Source of the DNA: Adineta vaga
Lineage: Eukaryota; Animalia; Rotifera
Length of the DNA stretch: 64,000 nucleotides
Reading direction: 5' to 3'
Assembly: GCA_021613535.1 (NCBI GenBank)
Contig: CP075492.1
Span: forward strand, 10,602,001-10,666,000
Part shown: in pieces, positions 12,191 through 24,974 of the stretch
Layout of the letters: each line of letters starts with the position of its first letter
How positions within the stretch are numbered: the first letter of the stretch is position 1
Position numbers and translations under genes: made by a program
The notes under the pieces: generated by a model
What the model saw: the letters and a program-made list of their open reading frames with translations, nothing else
Databases searched by the model: none
What the model was told of the DNA's origin: nothing

Positions 12191-13133
12191 TTATACAATA
12201 GTATTTTGTCTGATCATGACATTTTTCTTATGTTCTCTTAATGTAGTTACAACACCAGATAATGTAGAAATCTGCAATGGTTGAAGAGTTTTTCTCCATA
12301 AATTTTCACGTGGTTGTTGTTCCAGAGATGCAATTAATATTGTTTCCGATGGTACCTCTAGTCTTTGTAACGATGTTGTGGACTGATTAGTCGATAGTGG
12401 TCGTTGATTAATATTAGCTTTGAGTCGATGGGAAGGTTTTTGAACAACGATTGTGGGTGGTCGTGTATAGACTGATGCAGTTGGATTGGCTGCATTGAAT
12501 GGATAAATTTTCTTTTCCCATTTTTTATAAAAACTAAGAATAATGATGAATAGAATAGAAAGAAGAGTTGATAATATAAAGGTACAAGCAAGAATGATGA
12601 GTATAATTCTTGCGATATGAATTTCTAATTTTGATATTCGTTTTAAATATCCATGGTCGGATTTATTTGACCAAGATACAAAAAATAACGAATCATTCAC
12701 ATGGAATTCAGATGTGAAAGAACTTGCACATGGATCATTTGTACATTGATGCAGTGAGCTTTCATAATCAAACCTTAAAATAGTTATTTCAACAAGCGAA
12801 AATTAATTTCCTTTGTAAAACGATTTACCATGTTGAATACAAAATAAGATTTTGAGTTTGATTGAATATTTCACATTTACCAATTATTAATTGACATGTT
12901 TTTCGTTGTTGATTATCACACGATCGATTGTTAGATTGAATATCATCAATTGTGCAATTTGTTTGATGAATAAATAATTCTTCTTTTAAACTTTGGAGAT
13001 AAATACGAAAATAAAAGATCATAAAACTAATCAATGTAATGCAAAAGAAAAAACCACTAATACTAATTAATATCATCCATATCTTTCGAGAAAGTCTCAA
13101 TATCGATCGACGACAATGATAACATGTTAACAT
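12191..13133 (-). CDS. Two-TM protein with Cys-rich extracellular loop (topology like BK-channel beta/TipE auxiliary subunits)
   Basis: Two ORFs joined by a short intron (~12774-12827). One hydrophobic helix on each side of a loop with several Cys. The family assignment rests on topology only. Confidence 0.55.
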
Positions 13134-14116
13134 GATCGTGCACTATGCAACTATGATTTTTAGTTAGATAAATGAAAAACACTTGACGAAAATAACCATA
13201 ATTATAACAGATGCTTAATGTACGTTTTTTTTTGTATTTATTATTAAATATAAGTGACAATACTATTTTAATTAGAAAAAAGAAACCTTTGCTTTTCTAG
13301 AAATAATATCTATGATTAGTACATGTGTCAGTCGAAACCAAAATGGTCAATCATCTATTCTATCAGTCCTTGCAAATGATTAAAAACATTGGTTACATAA
13401 CGAAAAATGAAACACATCAACAACGAATAGGTATAAACATACGCGCCTAGTGATTCTTCAAGCAAAAGCTAATTTGTAGAGGATATCCGATAAAACAAAG
13501 CTTTATTTTTCTCTAAACTGAAAACACTGATTCTTCTTCTTCTACCAATAATAAAAATAACCATTATTCATGTTCTTTATCAAAACTCTCGGATGTTTGA
13601 CAATTAAATTTTGTGAACTGCGTGGGTAACTCGCACTCGTATTATCAATTATTCACATATCGATCTGATCTCTTCATATGAATAGAATATTTCGTTAGAG
13701 TAGTAAATTGATTAGCACAATTCATTCACTTGTTGTAACTCTGTTATAAAATATTCTTCAAATTTATAATACATGTGATCATCTTTTGCTTAAGTCCTGA
13801 TATAAAATTTTTGGTATTGATGAAAATGTCTCACCTAATCCTCTAAAATTGTGTTTAAACTGTCGTTTCAGAAATTCACTTGTAGAAAAAGGAAATCATT
13901 GTAATACAAATGAACTACATGATAACTAAGATTCAAAAACATTTCTAAAAATAAAAAGTACCAATGAAAATTCTAATCGTACTAAATTTACTCACCATGT
14001 CTGACTCACCTCTCTCACATCTGTGCCCATATGATGTATCAGCTTGAGTATTATACTAGAAAAAAATCGAAACCTTTACAATCAGAATCATTTATACTAA
14101 TAATTTCATATTCAAC

Positions 14117-16042
14117 ATGCATTTCGTTAGTTATAAACAACGACATTGTACTGATGTATTTTGTTTGATTTTATTCATTAGTTTTCTATTTGCTTATATT
14201 TCTGTATCGATACTAGCAATTAGTCAAGGAAATCCAAGAAATTTAGTTCATCCAAGTGATTCTTTTGGTAATTTATGTGGACAAGAACAATTTCAATCAC
14301 GACCATATCAATTTTATTATGATATAAGTAAATGTTTAACTGATCATAGTCTTTCATTGACTTGTCCAACAATAAAATTATGTGTTCAATCATGTCCAAC
14401 ATATTACTCACATTTTCAACTGTTACAAACTGATGAAAACAATGATCATTCATCCAAAAATGATATTCGTCAACAGTTAATATGTATGTATGATTTTAAT
14501 CCAATAAAAGATAATCGAAGTATCATTGAAATTGTTCATAATGATCTCTGTGCACCGTATACTGTACCATCAGAAGTATTTCTTGGTCGATGTTTGCCAT
14601 CTGTTTTAACACATTTATTTGATGATCAAAATAATCAAACATTAAAAAAGAACTTTTCTCTTAAACAAATGACAGGTATTAGTCGAATAATTGCTTCTGA
14701 TCTTGATCGAATTAAAGAAAGTTTGGCATTATTTACATTGATTGGTTGTTTATTAATTATATTATACATGTTTGTTTTGAAAAAATTAACTAATCTCATT
14801 GTTTTCTTGACTATTATGATATTTCTTTCACTATTATTTCTTTGTAGTCTATTTTCTTGGTATACAATCTATACTGGACAAGATCTTATTTATGAATATA
14901 GTGTTATTGCAAGAATTATTAATGATTTTATCGAATTAAAAATAATTTACTATATCCTTGGTTGTCTAACAACATTCTTATTTATATTTAGTATAATTGT
15001 TATACTTGTTTCATTCAATCGTCTTCGTTTAAGTATTATTCTATTAGAACAAAGTACTAATGCTATTTTTTCTATTTCGAGTACATTATTTTGTTCACCA
15101 TTGATTTTTCTACTATTTTCCTTACTAACACTTGGAATTCTTTACATACAAATGTGTTTCTCAACAATTGGTAAAGCAATTCCTTGTTCACCAAAGACAA
15201 ATTCTACTGGATGTTTCTTTCAACAAGAATATGGTTATGATTTATATACTGATCGATTCACACGTACTATTATTAAATTTCTAACAGATAATAAAACATA
15301 TTTAAAATGGTTGAATGTATTTGCTTATGTATGGTTTGGAAGTTTTTTATTTGCATTCAAAGAAATGATTCTAGCTGGTGTTTTTGCGAATTATTATTGG
15401 TCAAAACAACATTTAACAACTTCATATCCAGTTTTTTACTCGATGATTATTACTATTCGATATCATTTAGGTTCTATTGCATTTGGTTCATTAGTTATTA
15501 CTCTATTCAAACATCTCCGAATGATTCTCGATTACATTCATCGAAAATTATCGAAAATACAAGGATGTATTCTATTTACATGTTTTTTCTGGTTATTTGA
15601 AAAATTTCTGAAATTTCTTAATACAAATTCGTATATACTCATTGCAATGCATGGCTATTCATTTCCTAAAGCTACTCGTCAAGCATTTGTTTACATATCA
15701 ACAAATTGTTTTCGTTTCTTTGTTCTTATGAATTTAACGAAATGGATTCTTTTCTGTGGCAAAATTTCTATTTGTATCTTTAATACATATTTATTCTATC
15801 AATATCTTCAATGGACAAATGAATTCAATCATCTTATTCTTCATTGGACTCCATTGATGGCGATTGGATTACTAACTTATCTTATCTGTTGTATATTCTT
15901 TAATGTTTATACGATGGCAATCAAAACCTTCTTTCTATGTTTTCTTGAAGATTTCAATGAAAATGATGGATCAATATCATCGTCGTCTGTAATGAATAAT
16001 GAATTTTTACGTTTAGTACACAAAACAAAAAATTGTCATTGA
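14117..16042 (+). CDS. SLC44A: Choline transporter-like protein (SLC44/CTL), intronless
   Basis: RHCTDVFCL, PSDSFGNLCG, CVQSCP, GRCLP and RYHLGSIAFGSLVI motifs, with about 10 TM helices in one 641-aa ORF. Confidence 0.92.
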   Translation: MHFVSYKQRHCTDVFCLILFISFLFAYISVSILAISQGNPRNLVHPSDSFGNLCGQEQFQSRPYQFYYDISKCLTDHSLSLTCPTIKLCVQSCPTYYSHFQLLQTDENNDHSSKNDIRQQLICMYDFNPIKDNRSIIEIVHNDLCAPYTVPSEVFLGRCLPSVLTHLFDDQNNQTLKKNFSLKQMTGISRIIASDLDRIKESLALFTLIGCLLIILYMFVLKKLTNLIVFLTIMIFLSLLFLCSLFSWYTIYTGQDLIYEYSVIARIINDFIELKIIYYILGCLTTFLFIFSIIVILVSFNRLRLSIILLEQSTNAIFSISSTLFCSPLIFLLFSLLTLGILYIQMCFSTIGKAIPCSPKTNSTGCFFQQEYGYDLYTDRFTRTIIKFLTDNKTYLKWLNVFAYVWFGSFLFAFKEMILAGVFANYYWSKQHLTTSYPVFYSMIITIRYHLGSIAFGSLVITLFKHLRMILDYIHRKLSKIQGCILFTCFFWLFEKFLKFLNTNSYILIAMHGYSFPKATRQAFVYISTNCFRFFVLMNLTKWILFCGKISICIFNTYLFYQYLQWTNEFNHLILHWTPLMAIGLLTYLICCIFFNVYTMAIKTFFLCFLEDFNENDGSISSSSVMNNEFLRLVHKTKNCH

Positions 16043-16147
16043 AAAAAGAAAATGAAAACAAAACAGCAAACGCACACACATATTTATATATAATATATAT
16101 GAAGAAGAATTTTTTTTCCTTTTCTTTGTTATACGTTCGAAAATTTG

Positions 16148-18817
16148 TTAAGAAGAAGAAGAAGAATTGTCAGTTAAAACAGGTTTTAATCGTAGATTTA
16201 TTTTGACTTGTTTTGTGACTCGTCGAATAACAGGTAAATAAACCATACAAGGTACAAATGTATGTGCAAATTTTGGATCTTCACTTTCAAGTAGAAATGG
16301 TTGTAAACCACCATTGGCTTCATTTAAAGAATTCATTCGTTTGTTCGTATCAGTTGATGATTGACTTAAACTTCGTTTACGTTTCAATGGATTAAGATTT
16401 CCATCGGATTCATCTTCACTTTCATGTTCTTGTTGTTCAGAATGAGTTCCTAATGATAAAAATGGATTTGCAATGGAATTTTCATGCATACCAGTAGCAG
16501 CTTTCATAAATTGAATTAGAGTTTGATATGTTGAATCAGATGTTTCATTATGTAATGTTTGCATATGAAAAAGATAGAGATATTTTGTTGAGAAATCTTT
16601 TTTACATATATAACAATATGTTTCAGTATTTTCATTATTTGATTCATTTCGATCAATTGGTTCAGAAGATGGATTATCTAAACAAGAGAAAAATCATTAA
16701 TAGACAGTTGACCGGATGTTTGTTTAGAGTTAAATCGTCATTGAAGGAAGTCAAAGAATGAACATTCGAAGAAATTCAATTTTATATACCATTTTCATGA
16801 TCTGTTTGTTCATCATGTTGATTTTCTATTCCTGGTGATTTCATCACATCGGTTAATGCTGATCGATGAGGAGTACTAGGTGGTACCATTGTCGGTAGTG
16901 TATTATCTCCATTACCATTTGAAGTATGATTTGTTCCATTAGTAATTCCATGCACTTTTGCTGAAGGAGAAAAATGAGATTGACATTTAATTAAGCGATT
17001 GAATAAACTTATGTCTTTTATCCTACCTTTATGTGTTTTAAGAAAATATTTATTACAAACTTGTTTATTACATATTTCACAAACAACACGATCAGCCATT
17101 TTTGCACAGAAATACGAATCATGAAGAATTCCATAGGATGATGGTGGTGCTTGACCAGCAACAAGTTTATGTGCAAGTGGACTAGTTGTATCGACATAAG
17201 GTTGTAAAAATCCTAATGTATTTGATGGTGATATTGGAAAGGTTGCTGGTATTGTTGTCGTTGCTGGTGATAATGGTTTACTCGTTAAATTCTTTTTTGT
17301 TGTTGTTTCATTTGGATGAAATGTATTCATATGCATTCGTAGCAGAGCTTTATTACGAAATTCCTGTTGACATACATGACAACGACGAACAGTTCGTTGT
17401 GATAAGAGATTTAACGAAGATGGTGGTGGTGATGATGATACACTTCCATTATTATTATTATTATCATTATTTCCTGCAAACAAGGATTTAACATCTGTTG
17501 TTGTTGTAGGAAGATAAAATGGATTCAATAAAAGCATATTTGATGGGACTAGAAAACGATTAGTTTATCTACGAATTTATTAAATTAATTTATTTTACCT
17601 TGCGTAGGTCGACTAGGTTGATTTTTGACCGGGCTTTCATTCGCACTTTTTTGTAATGATTTAATATAATCAGTATAGATTCCATGACATTCTCCCTTGT
17701 GTTTCTATTTAAAAAAACAAAAGTAAGAATTCAATTTTAATCCTTTACACATCTCGACTAACGAATTGTTTATTCTGGTATGCATTCGTTCGTTCGTGGA
17801 TAAATAAGCTTATTAAAAGTCAGATAAGCTCCTCGTTTCTACTATCTTTTGAAGATGTTCACAATGTTCTCTCTTCAATATTTACATCGAAACATAAAGA
17901 AGAAGAAGGAGAGGGAGAAGGAGAAGAAGAAGAAGAAAAAAAGATTCATCTAAAATTAAACATCACATCTTTTTGGACAAAAGAGGTAATCTCTACAAAC
18001 AGTAGTTTGAACGAAAGTAAAGCAATCTATTAGTGTGCGTGCTTGACAATGTTTGGAATATTTAAACTAGAAGTCCTTCTTTCTCAGGCAATGTAAACAA
18101 TGAACGTGACTTAACTTCAATTTTATCAATACTTACACGAAGATAATATTTATTGCAAAAACGTTTTTGACAAATCTAAAAATGAAAGAATTATTTCATG
18201 TTTAAAAGAAAACAAATACGAACCTCACAATAATCTTCACCCATTTTTTGAGACGATGGTTCAGTTGATTGAATTGGTGACGAAGATGAAGGTGAAATGG
18301 ATTGATTCGTATTTAAATCAGTTGATGAAGGTGTTGGAGAGACAATATTGAGAACACCATGTTTTTTAGCGAAATGTGTTTTAAGAAAATATTTATTACA
18401 AAATGAACGTTCACAAAGATTACAATAAGCTTTGGTTGGAGAATTTGGATCCGAGTTGTTATTTTCAGGTGATGGTGATTGACCATTGGTCAAATCTATT
18501 GAAAAGAAAAGATGAAAAATATATTTTCATAAAATTTTCAAATGTTTACCTGTTGGAACACCTTCATCATCATTCATAACTCTAAAATGAGAAAATCAAT
18601 GAGTGATTGATATAAGAAAATAATGAAATTTTTTGTACCGATTTGGTTTGATTTGTTTTCGTTTGTTTGGTGATTTAAAAAGATCTTCATGACGTTTTTC
18701 ATCCGTCGTTTTTGTTATTGACAAATCATTGATTTCATCTTCTTTGATTATTGAATTTTGTTCACCAATCATTGTTGATTCTGCTTTCAATATATGCTCG
18801 TCTTGAATGATCATCAT
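16148..18817 (-). CDS. Multi-C2H2 zinc-finger protein, multi-exon
   Basis: Repeated fingers CNLCERSFCNKYFLKTH...HG, CEICQKRFCNKYYLRKHKGECHG, CHVCQQEF...HMNTFH and CEICNKQVCNKYFLKTH. C-terminal FVPCMVYLPV. The start is uncertain. Confidence 0.8.
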
Positions 18818-21800
18818 TTGAGACGATGCATCAGACAAGGGAAAAAACGAAGACAGAGAGAAAAAGAAAATCTAAATAGAGAGAGAGAGAAAGCAAGAAA
18901 TATGTACAATAGAGAAGGAGAGAAGACGAAGAAGATTTATTAGTTTTGTTCTATAACGTAGCAGAAGCAAGGAAGATGCATATCTTCTTTTTCTTTTTTT
19001 TCTTCTCTTTCAAAATCAAGCAACCCCGTTGGCTCATCATCATTATCGTCTCACAGGCACGCGTCGTCCTACTGTACGATATTTTCAATACATGTGTACA
19101 CACAGATATGAGAAAAGAAAAACAGAATATGCACGTATATCGTTCGGATTTTGCCCGATTGAGAATGAGGGAGAGAACGGAAGCGACACACGGATCTAAT
19201 TGAAAAATGAGGAAGAAGATGATCAATATCTTCGTAGAAAGAACATCTGGTGTGTTCTTTTAGTATTAGTCAAAAAGAAAAAAGATCAAAAGGTCAAATT
19301 CTTCAAATTCATCAGACAACAACACTCAAAAAAAAGAATTAGTCAAAGATACTCGACATACATAGCATATCGTAAAGAAAGACTCTTGGATAATATTAAT
19401 ATCATTCCTTATTCAGATAGAAAATAGTTTCTTAAACGAATTATTCACATGTAGAATCAGCAACATCATATCATTTGTTTAGATTTACAAACTAATTGAC
19501 AAAAGATTAAACAGGAAATAACATCAAAGTTCAGAAAAAACGGATGTATCATTTCCGTGTATATCTGCTTTTTGTTCTACAAATCAATCATTTGCAATTC
19601 AGAATTGATACAAACGAAATAAATGAACTTCGATGATATACTTTTCGATTTTCTTCAAACTAACAACCGAGAAAAAGAAGTTATCCAGATGATGGAAATG
19701 AATTTTCATCTCTTAAAGAAATGACTAGATTATCTCTGATGAACAGATGTAATGAATCAGATAATTTTAGTGAAAACAAATTTTTTTCTTCTTGTTATTC
19801 TTAGCAAAAAAATAAATGAGAAGCGAGACTGATCAAATATCTTGACTTTCTCTTGAGAAAATAATGTTCTAATATCCTTTCATTCTATTCATATAAGCAA
19901 TGACATATCATTTCTCTTTTCTGTTTCTTCAAATATCTCCCCATACGATTTGGATCAAGCTGTGTGATGCAACAATGAATAAGATCGAAGAAAACTATAT
20001 GCACATTGCCAAGGAAAGAAAATTTTCTGTTGAGAAGACGAACGCATTTCTATCCCAGCATGTCCTATTCGATGATACAAATAATAAATCGTAGAAAACA
20101 AGCAATCTAACGGAAAAGGCACTCTAAAATGAAAACATAACAAGCAGACGAAGAGAAAGAAGAAGAAGAAGAGGAAGAAGCCTAGCTGGATGTTTATTCA
20201 AAGCAGTCAGGCGAGTTGATGATGGACAACGTTCGATGAATCTTCTCTTTCCATTTTGCTGATATGCAATCGACTTTTAACGGTTCACGTCTTGCTGCTC
20301 GAGGTGATTAGGACAATATGGAAGCGGAAGAAAGAGAAAAGTTCTGAAAAAATGATGATGATAATGATGAGATGAACGATATTCACAATGTTAAAGAAAC
20401 AAAAAAGGAGGAGAAGAAGAAGAAGAAGAAGAAGATAACAGACACGCGTCTGCTACACATCGGTGAATTTCTTTTAAATTGATCGAAAGTACACTACTCC
20501 AGATGGATATATATGTATGTATGTGAACAAATAACTCTTCAGACAAATGCTCATTTAGGTCGAACAACACAGTTTTCAATTCGTTATACACTCAATCGAT
20601 CTTTCAAGCAAGAAATAAGCATAATCAGAAGGCTCATTTTCTTTCTGTCGGCGGCAGCAACAGAACGAACGTTTTTCAATTTCCGTTTCTTGTTGTTTGC
20701 AAACGATCAATAGACCTTATGTTATGTGTATATACTGAATCGATTCATAACCTATGTGACAGAATGAAAATAACGCCCCTCTCATCTATTCTCTCTCATA
20801 CAAAAGAAATTGATATACTTTGAAGTTTTGAATCATATTAAAGAATAAAAGGAGAGACTTTCCTTTTCGTAGAAGTATATCAATAAGATACGATACATAT
20901 TCGTTTAAAAATACAATAATACTCGAAATTATTACACTTACTTTATTCTATATATGATCGTAACATTAGCTATGACAAACAAATCATAACATCGATCATC
21001 TTAGTTACATACAACACTTGACTTTCAGAAGATTGTCGTCGTAGTTAAAATAATGATCGTATTGTTTTATTCTGATTAATTGTACACATACGAGTAAAAG
21101 ATTACATATTTTATGTCAATTCTACTTTTGAATATAAAAAAAACCGAAAGAGAGAGAGAGAGAGAGCGAGAAAGAAAAAAGACGATTATCGTCTACAAAA
21201 TCGATAAAAATTATTCTCTCTATTTTATACATAGAATAGTAAAAGTGCACGATTCAATTTTCGATTTCTTCATCTTCATTTTTCTTTCTTATTTCAAAAT
21301 AAACATCAATTGGTTTCTCTTCTATTTTTTTCTTTCTTACACACACACCTGTGTATGTATGTCAACGAAACGATATCGCATCTCATGTTAGTTATTTATT
21401 AATTTTTTTCTCTCTTGTACACATCATCGTTCGACGAGAAAGAAAGAGAAAAAAGGAGAAATCGAAATGCAATAGTAAAAAATCAAATAGTTAAAGATTT
21501 CTAAGGTATACATAGTCTCGTTGAGTTTTATAATTGGTAATGTTTATTTATTCTTCCAGATTTCAATCAACATTTGTACTTTATTTTTTGTAATTGAAAA
21601 GAAAAAGAAAAAGAAACGAAAAAGAAGAAGTAAAATTCTAATAATACAACAAGATGCCATTTTCTTCCTTTGACATAAATATCAACGATTAGCAGAGAAG
21701 AAATTTGACATTTTCGAGGTGAGAAAGAGAACAGCCTTTAATGGTTAGTTTTACTTTCAAAAACGATAGTTGAATATGTATATATACATCGATAATATCG

Positions 21801-22203
21801 ATATTTAATTGCTCCCGAATACGATTTATGTCCAAAGAAAACAAAAATGGCCTTTGTCACTTGAAAAGCAATTGGAGCACAAGTATATGATCAATTAATA
21901 TTGTATTCGATGATGTTTACGATACTAACAGTAGACTAAAACATAAAACTTCGATATCAAGTGCATTGTAATGATTACCATATGATCTTGTTTGAGATGG
22001 ATTTTGTTTTTACCAAAATGAGTAAACTTTTAATTGACTAATTCATAATGATAAAAAAGAAAAGAACTTCACCTGGGAATAACAATGTATTACTCATTTT
22101 TTTGTCATTTTATCTTTTGAATACATTTGTCATATTTGTTATCTATGTCTATATAAAGAGAATTCTTGTAATGGAAATTATAATATCATTCTAAAACTTA
22201 ATT

Positions 22204-22987
22204 ATGGCTCGTTTTTCATGTGGTGTCCAATGCACACGTACAATGCTGTTCATTTTGAACATTTTATTTGTTCTTTTGGGTTTTATGCTATTAGGTTTTG
22301 GTGTCTATTTGAATGTGAGTAAAAAACTTGATATCGCTTTATCGGAACATTTCAATACGAAAATTCTTGGAGCAAATGTTTTATATGATATGGGATGGAT
22401 TTTAATTATTTTCGCTGTTTTTACTATATTATTATCCAGCTTTGGTTGTTTGGGTACGAAAAATGATGAACTATCTAATTGATTTAATAATCAGTATGTT
22501 TTCTATTCTAGGTGCCATATGTAAAAATCGTATATTTTTGTATATATATACTCTCATTCTCAGTCTATTGATTATTGGTGAATTAGTAGCTTTTATTCTA
22601 CTGTTAAGTTCACGAACATCGATTCGTGATAGTTATCATTCTGGTTTCAATGAATTTTTTGATAGAGCATATAATAATAATAATACTGATCTTATCAATA
22701 TTATTGAAGATATGGAAACTGAATTCAAATGTTGTGGTGCGAACAATGTAACTGATTATTATAAAGGCAAATATACCATTCCATCAAGTTGTCATGAAGG
22801 CCAAGATTTAGATAAACCAATTTTCAGTCGTGGTTGTGCGGATGCAGCAGTCGATTGGTTATGGGATCAATTTCCAATTATTGGAACTGTCTTAGGTAGT
22901 ATTTTCTTACTTGAAATTTTTGGTGTTGTTTCATCTGTTGGATTAGCAATTGCAATATCGCATACAAAATATGATGAGCTCTTCTAA
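22204..22987 (+). CDS. Tetraspanin (CD63-like), 2 exons
   Basis: Four TM helices, FGCLG|A across a short intron (~22454-22511), and CCG, PSSC and GC motifs in the large loop. Confidence 0.92.
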
Positions 22988-23299
22988 TAATTGTTATTTT
23001 ACATACTTCTTGTTATTTTAAATGTTCGTTGATTGATTTTCTTTTCTTTTCTTTTTGTTGTAACGAAAAATAGAAGTGCTGTAGCTAATTCATTGTTAAC
23101 AAAACACTTGAATTTGAAAATGATCTTTATGCTTTTCGACTGCAGAGAATACTACTAGTTAGTTGATAAACTTAGTATTCTTAGATATTATATTGATTAG
23201 ATAAGTAAGCAACTCGTGAAATATCTTCTTGTGAAAGGCGTTTTAATTAAGCACATCTGGTTTATTTTATTCAATGGAAGAAAAAGAAAAGTTCGATGA

Positions 23300-24637
23300 T
23301 TAAGTTGTACATAATTGTTTTCGAATAGTTTTTGCTGCTCTTTGGCCACTTTGAAAAGCAGAATGAACGCAACCAATTGACCATTGTTTGGTATTATCAT
23401 TTATATGGGCATGTTCACCAGCCCATTGTACTCGACCGTCGGAAGTTTCTTTTGCCAATAATTCAATGGTATGAGGTCCGGAATTAACAGCAAAATTTGA
23501 ATAAGCACCATATGCTAATGGATCCTGAGCCCAACGAGTAAACCTATATGCAATAGGTTCAGGAATAGTTTTCTCAGGAAAAACTTGTCGAAAGAATTTC
23601 ATAATACTTTCTAGAATTTCAGCATCAGATAGAATTTCTAATTCTCGTGCAAATGTACCGGTAACAAACATAATGAGAATATTTTTTGGTGGTGGTAGAC
23701 AAAGAGTAAATCGAAAACGACCACGTCTTTCATTACATGCATGTGAGAAACAACCTATTTGTTCACCCCAAAAATTTGTTGGAAATTGTACAATTAATTT
23801 ATTCATTACACCCATACCCATTTGATCGATAGCTTGACGTTTCCAATCAGGTAATGATGGTTGAAATAGAATTGTTTCACGTTTTAAACAACCTAATGGA
23901 ATGGTAATAATCAGTCGACGACAAAAGATTTTTGAAGACTCATTCGATGTTGTAATTGCTATTTGTTCAGGATCTGTTGTATCAATTTGTGTAACAGGCG
24001 TATTTAATTGAATAGGTAACTGATGTTTATTTGCAATTCTTTCGATTAAATTTCCATAACCGTATGGAACCCAAAAATCACAGCCGTCTGCAGAACCAAC
24101 ACCCCATTGTTTCGCGGAAAGCTCTGCGAAGTCTGACGCATCATATTGTTCACTACCAGAAAGGAAAAGATCAACTAATCGTTTTACCGGTCCATTCTTT
24201 GGTACTAATCGATCATATTTAGATTGCATAATTTGTTGAATACTTTGATCTTCATTCTTTGTCTTATCTGATGTATACAATTCTATATGTTCATCAATTT
24301 GTGAATATATATGGCGAGCTTCAAATGTTGTTTTACTGGAAAAAGGTTTGCCATCATAATCTAGACAGATTCGCCTACCACCCGTTCGACATTCATCGTC
24401 ATCTTTTTTAAGAGATCGATGATAATCGTAAATGACGTTTTGTGGCCCATATGAATGAATCCAACTTGCACCAAGATCGATTTGAGTAGGTGTAAACGTT
24501 TCTTGATCTGTATATGCTCGACCTCCAACACGATTGCGAGCTTCAAGTATAAGAAAAGTTAAATTTGTCGATTGTAGTTCAATAGCTGCAGCAATACCAG
24601 CTGCACCTGCGCCAATGATAATCACGTCTACACTCAT
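23300..24637 (-). CDS. Flavin-containing amine oxidase (polyamine oxidase/LSD1-catalytic-like), intronless
   Basis: GAGAAG dinucleotide-binding motif, LEARNRVGGR, DLGASWIH, GVMNKL (conserved Lys), TRW..DP..YGAYS, AGEH and VHSAFQSG. Confidence 0.92.
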   Translation of the reverse strand: MSVDVIIIGAGAAGIAAAIELQSTNLTFLILEARNRVGGRAYTDQETFTPTQIDLGASWIHSYGPQNVIYDYHRSLKKDDDECRTGGRRICLDYDGKPFSSKTTFEARHIYSQIDEHIELYTSDKTKNEDQSIQQIMQSKYDRLVPKNGPVKRLVDLFLSGSEQYDASDFAELSAKQWGVGSADGCDFWVPYGYGNLIERIANKHQLPIQLNTPVTQIDTTDPEQIAITTSNESSKIFCRRLIITIPLGCLKRETILFQPSLPDWKRQAIDQMGMGVMNKLIVQFPTNFWGEQIGCFSHACNERRGRFRFTLCLPPPKNILIMFVTGTFARELEILSDAEILESIMKFFRQVFPEKTIPEPIAYRFTRWAQDPLAYGAYSNFAVNSGPHTIELLAKETSDGRVQWAGEHAHINDNTKQWSIGCVHSAFQSGQRAAKTIRKQLCTT

Positions 24638-24974
24638 GATACTTTTCTGACAAATGAAACTATATGGAAAAAGAAAAATGTACGACTGCACTCCTTAAGT
24701 ACGTAATTTCGCAATATAAACATTAACATGAGTCAGAAAGAAAATACACCCATAGAATTTTTTCTTTCTCGAACACGTGCAATATTCTAGAATCGAATAT
24801 TGCTCTCAAATGACATTGTAATCAACAAAATGATACCTTGTTGATCTATTATCATCATAATTTTTATTTTTCACGTCTAATCTAAATATACATTATGCCA
24901 TTGATATTCTGGAGAAATCGACACATGCATTTCATAAATCTCTCTATCATTCGAAGAAGAACATATCATCAACT

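Noticed and set aside
18900-21700. Several 60-90 aa ORFs in the gap upstream of the zinc-finger gene
   Set aside because: They are low-complexity products of GA/GAA/T tracts with no motifs.
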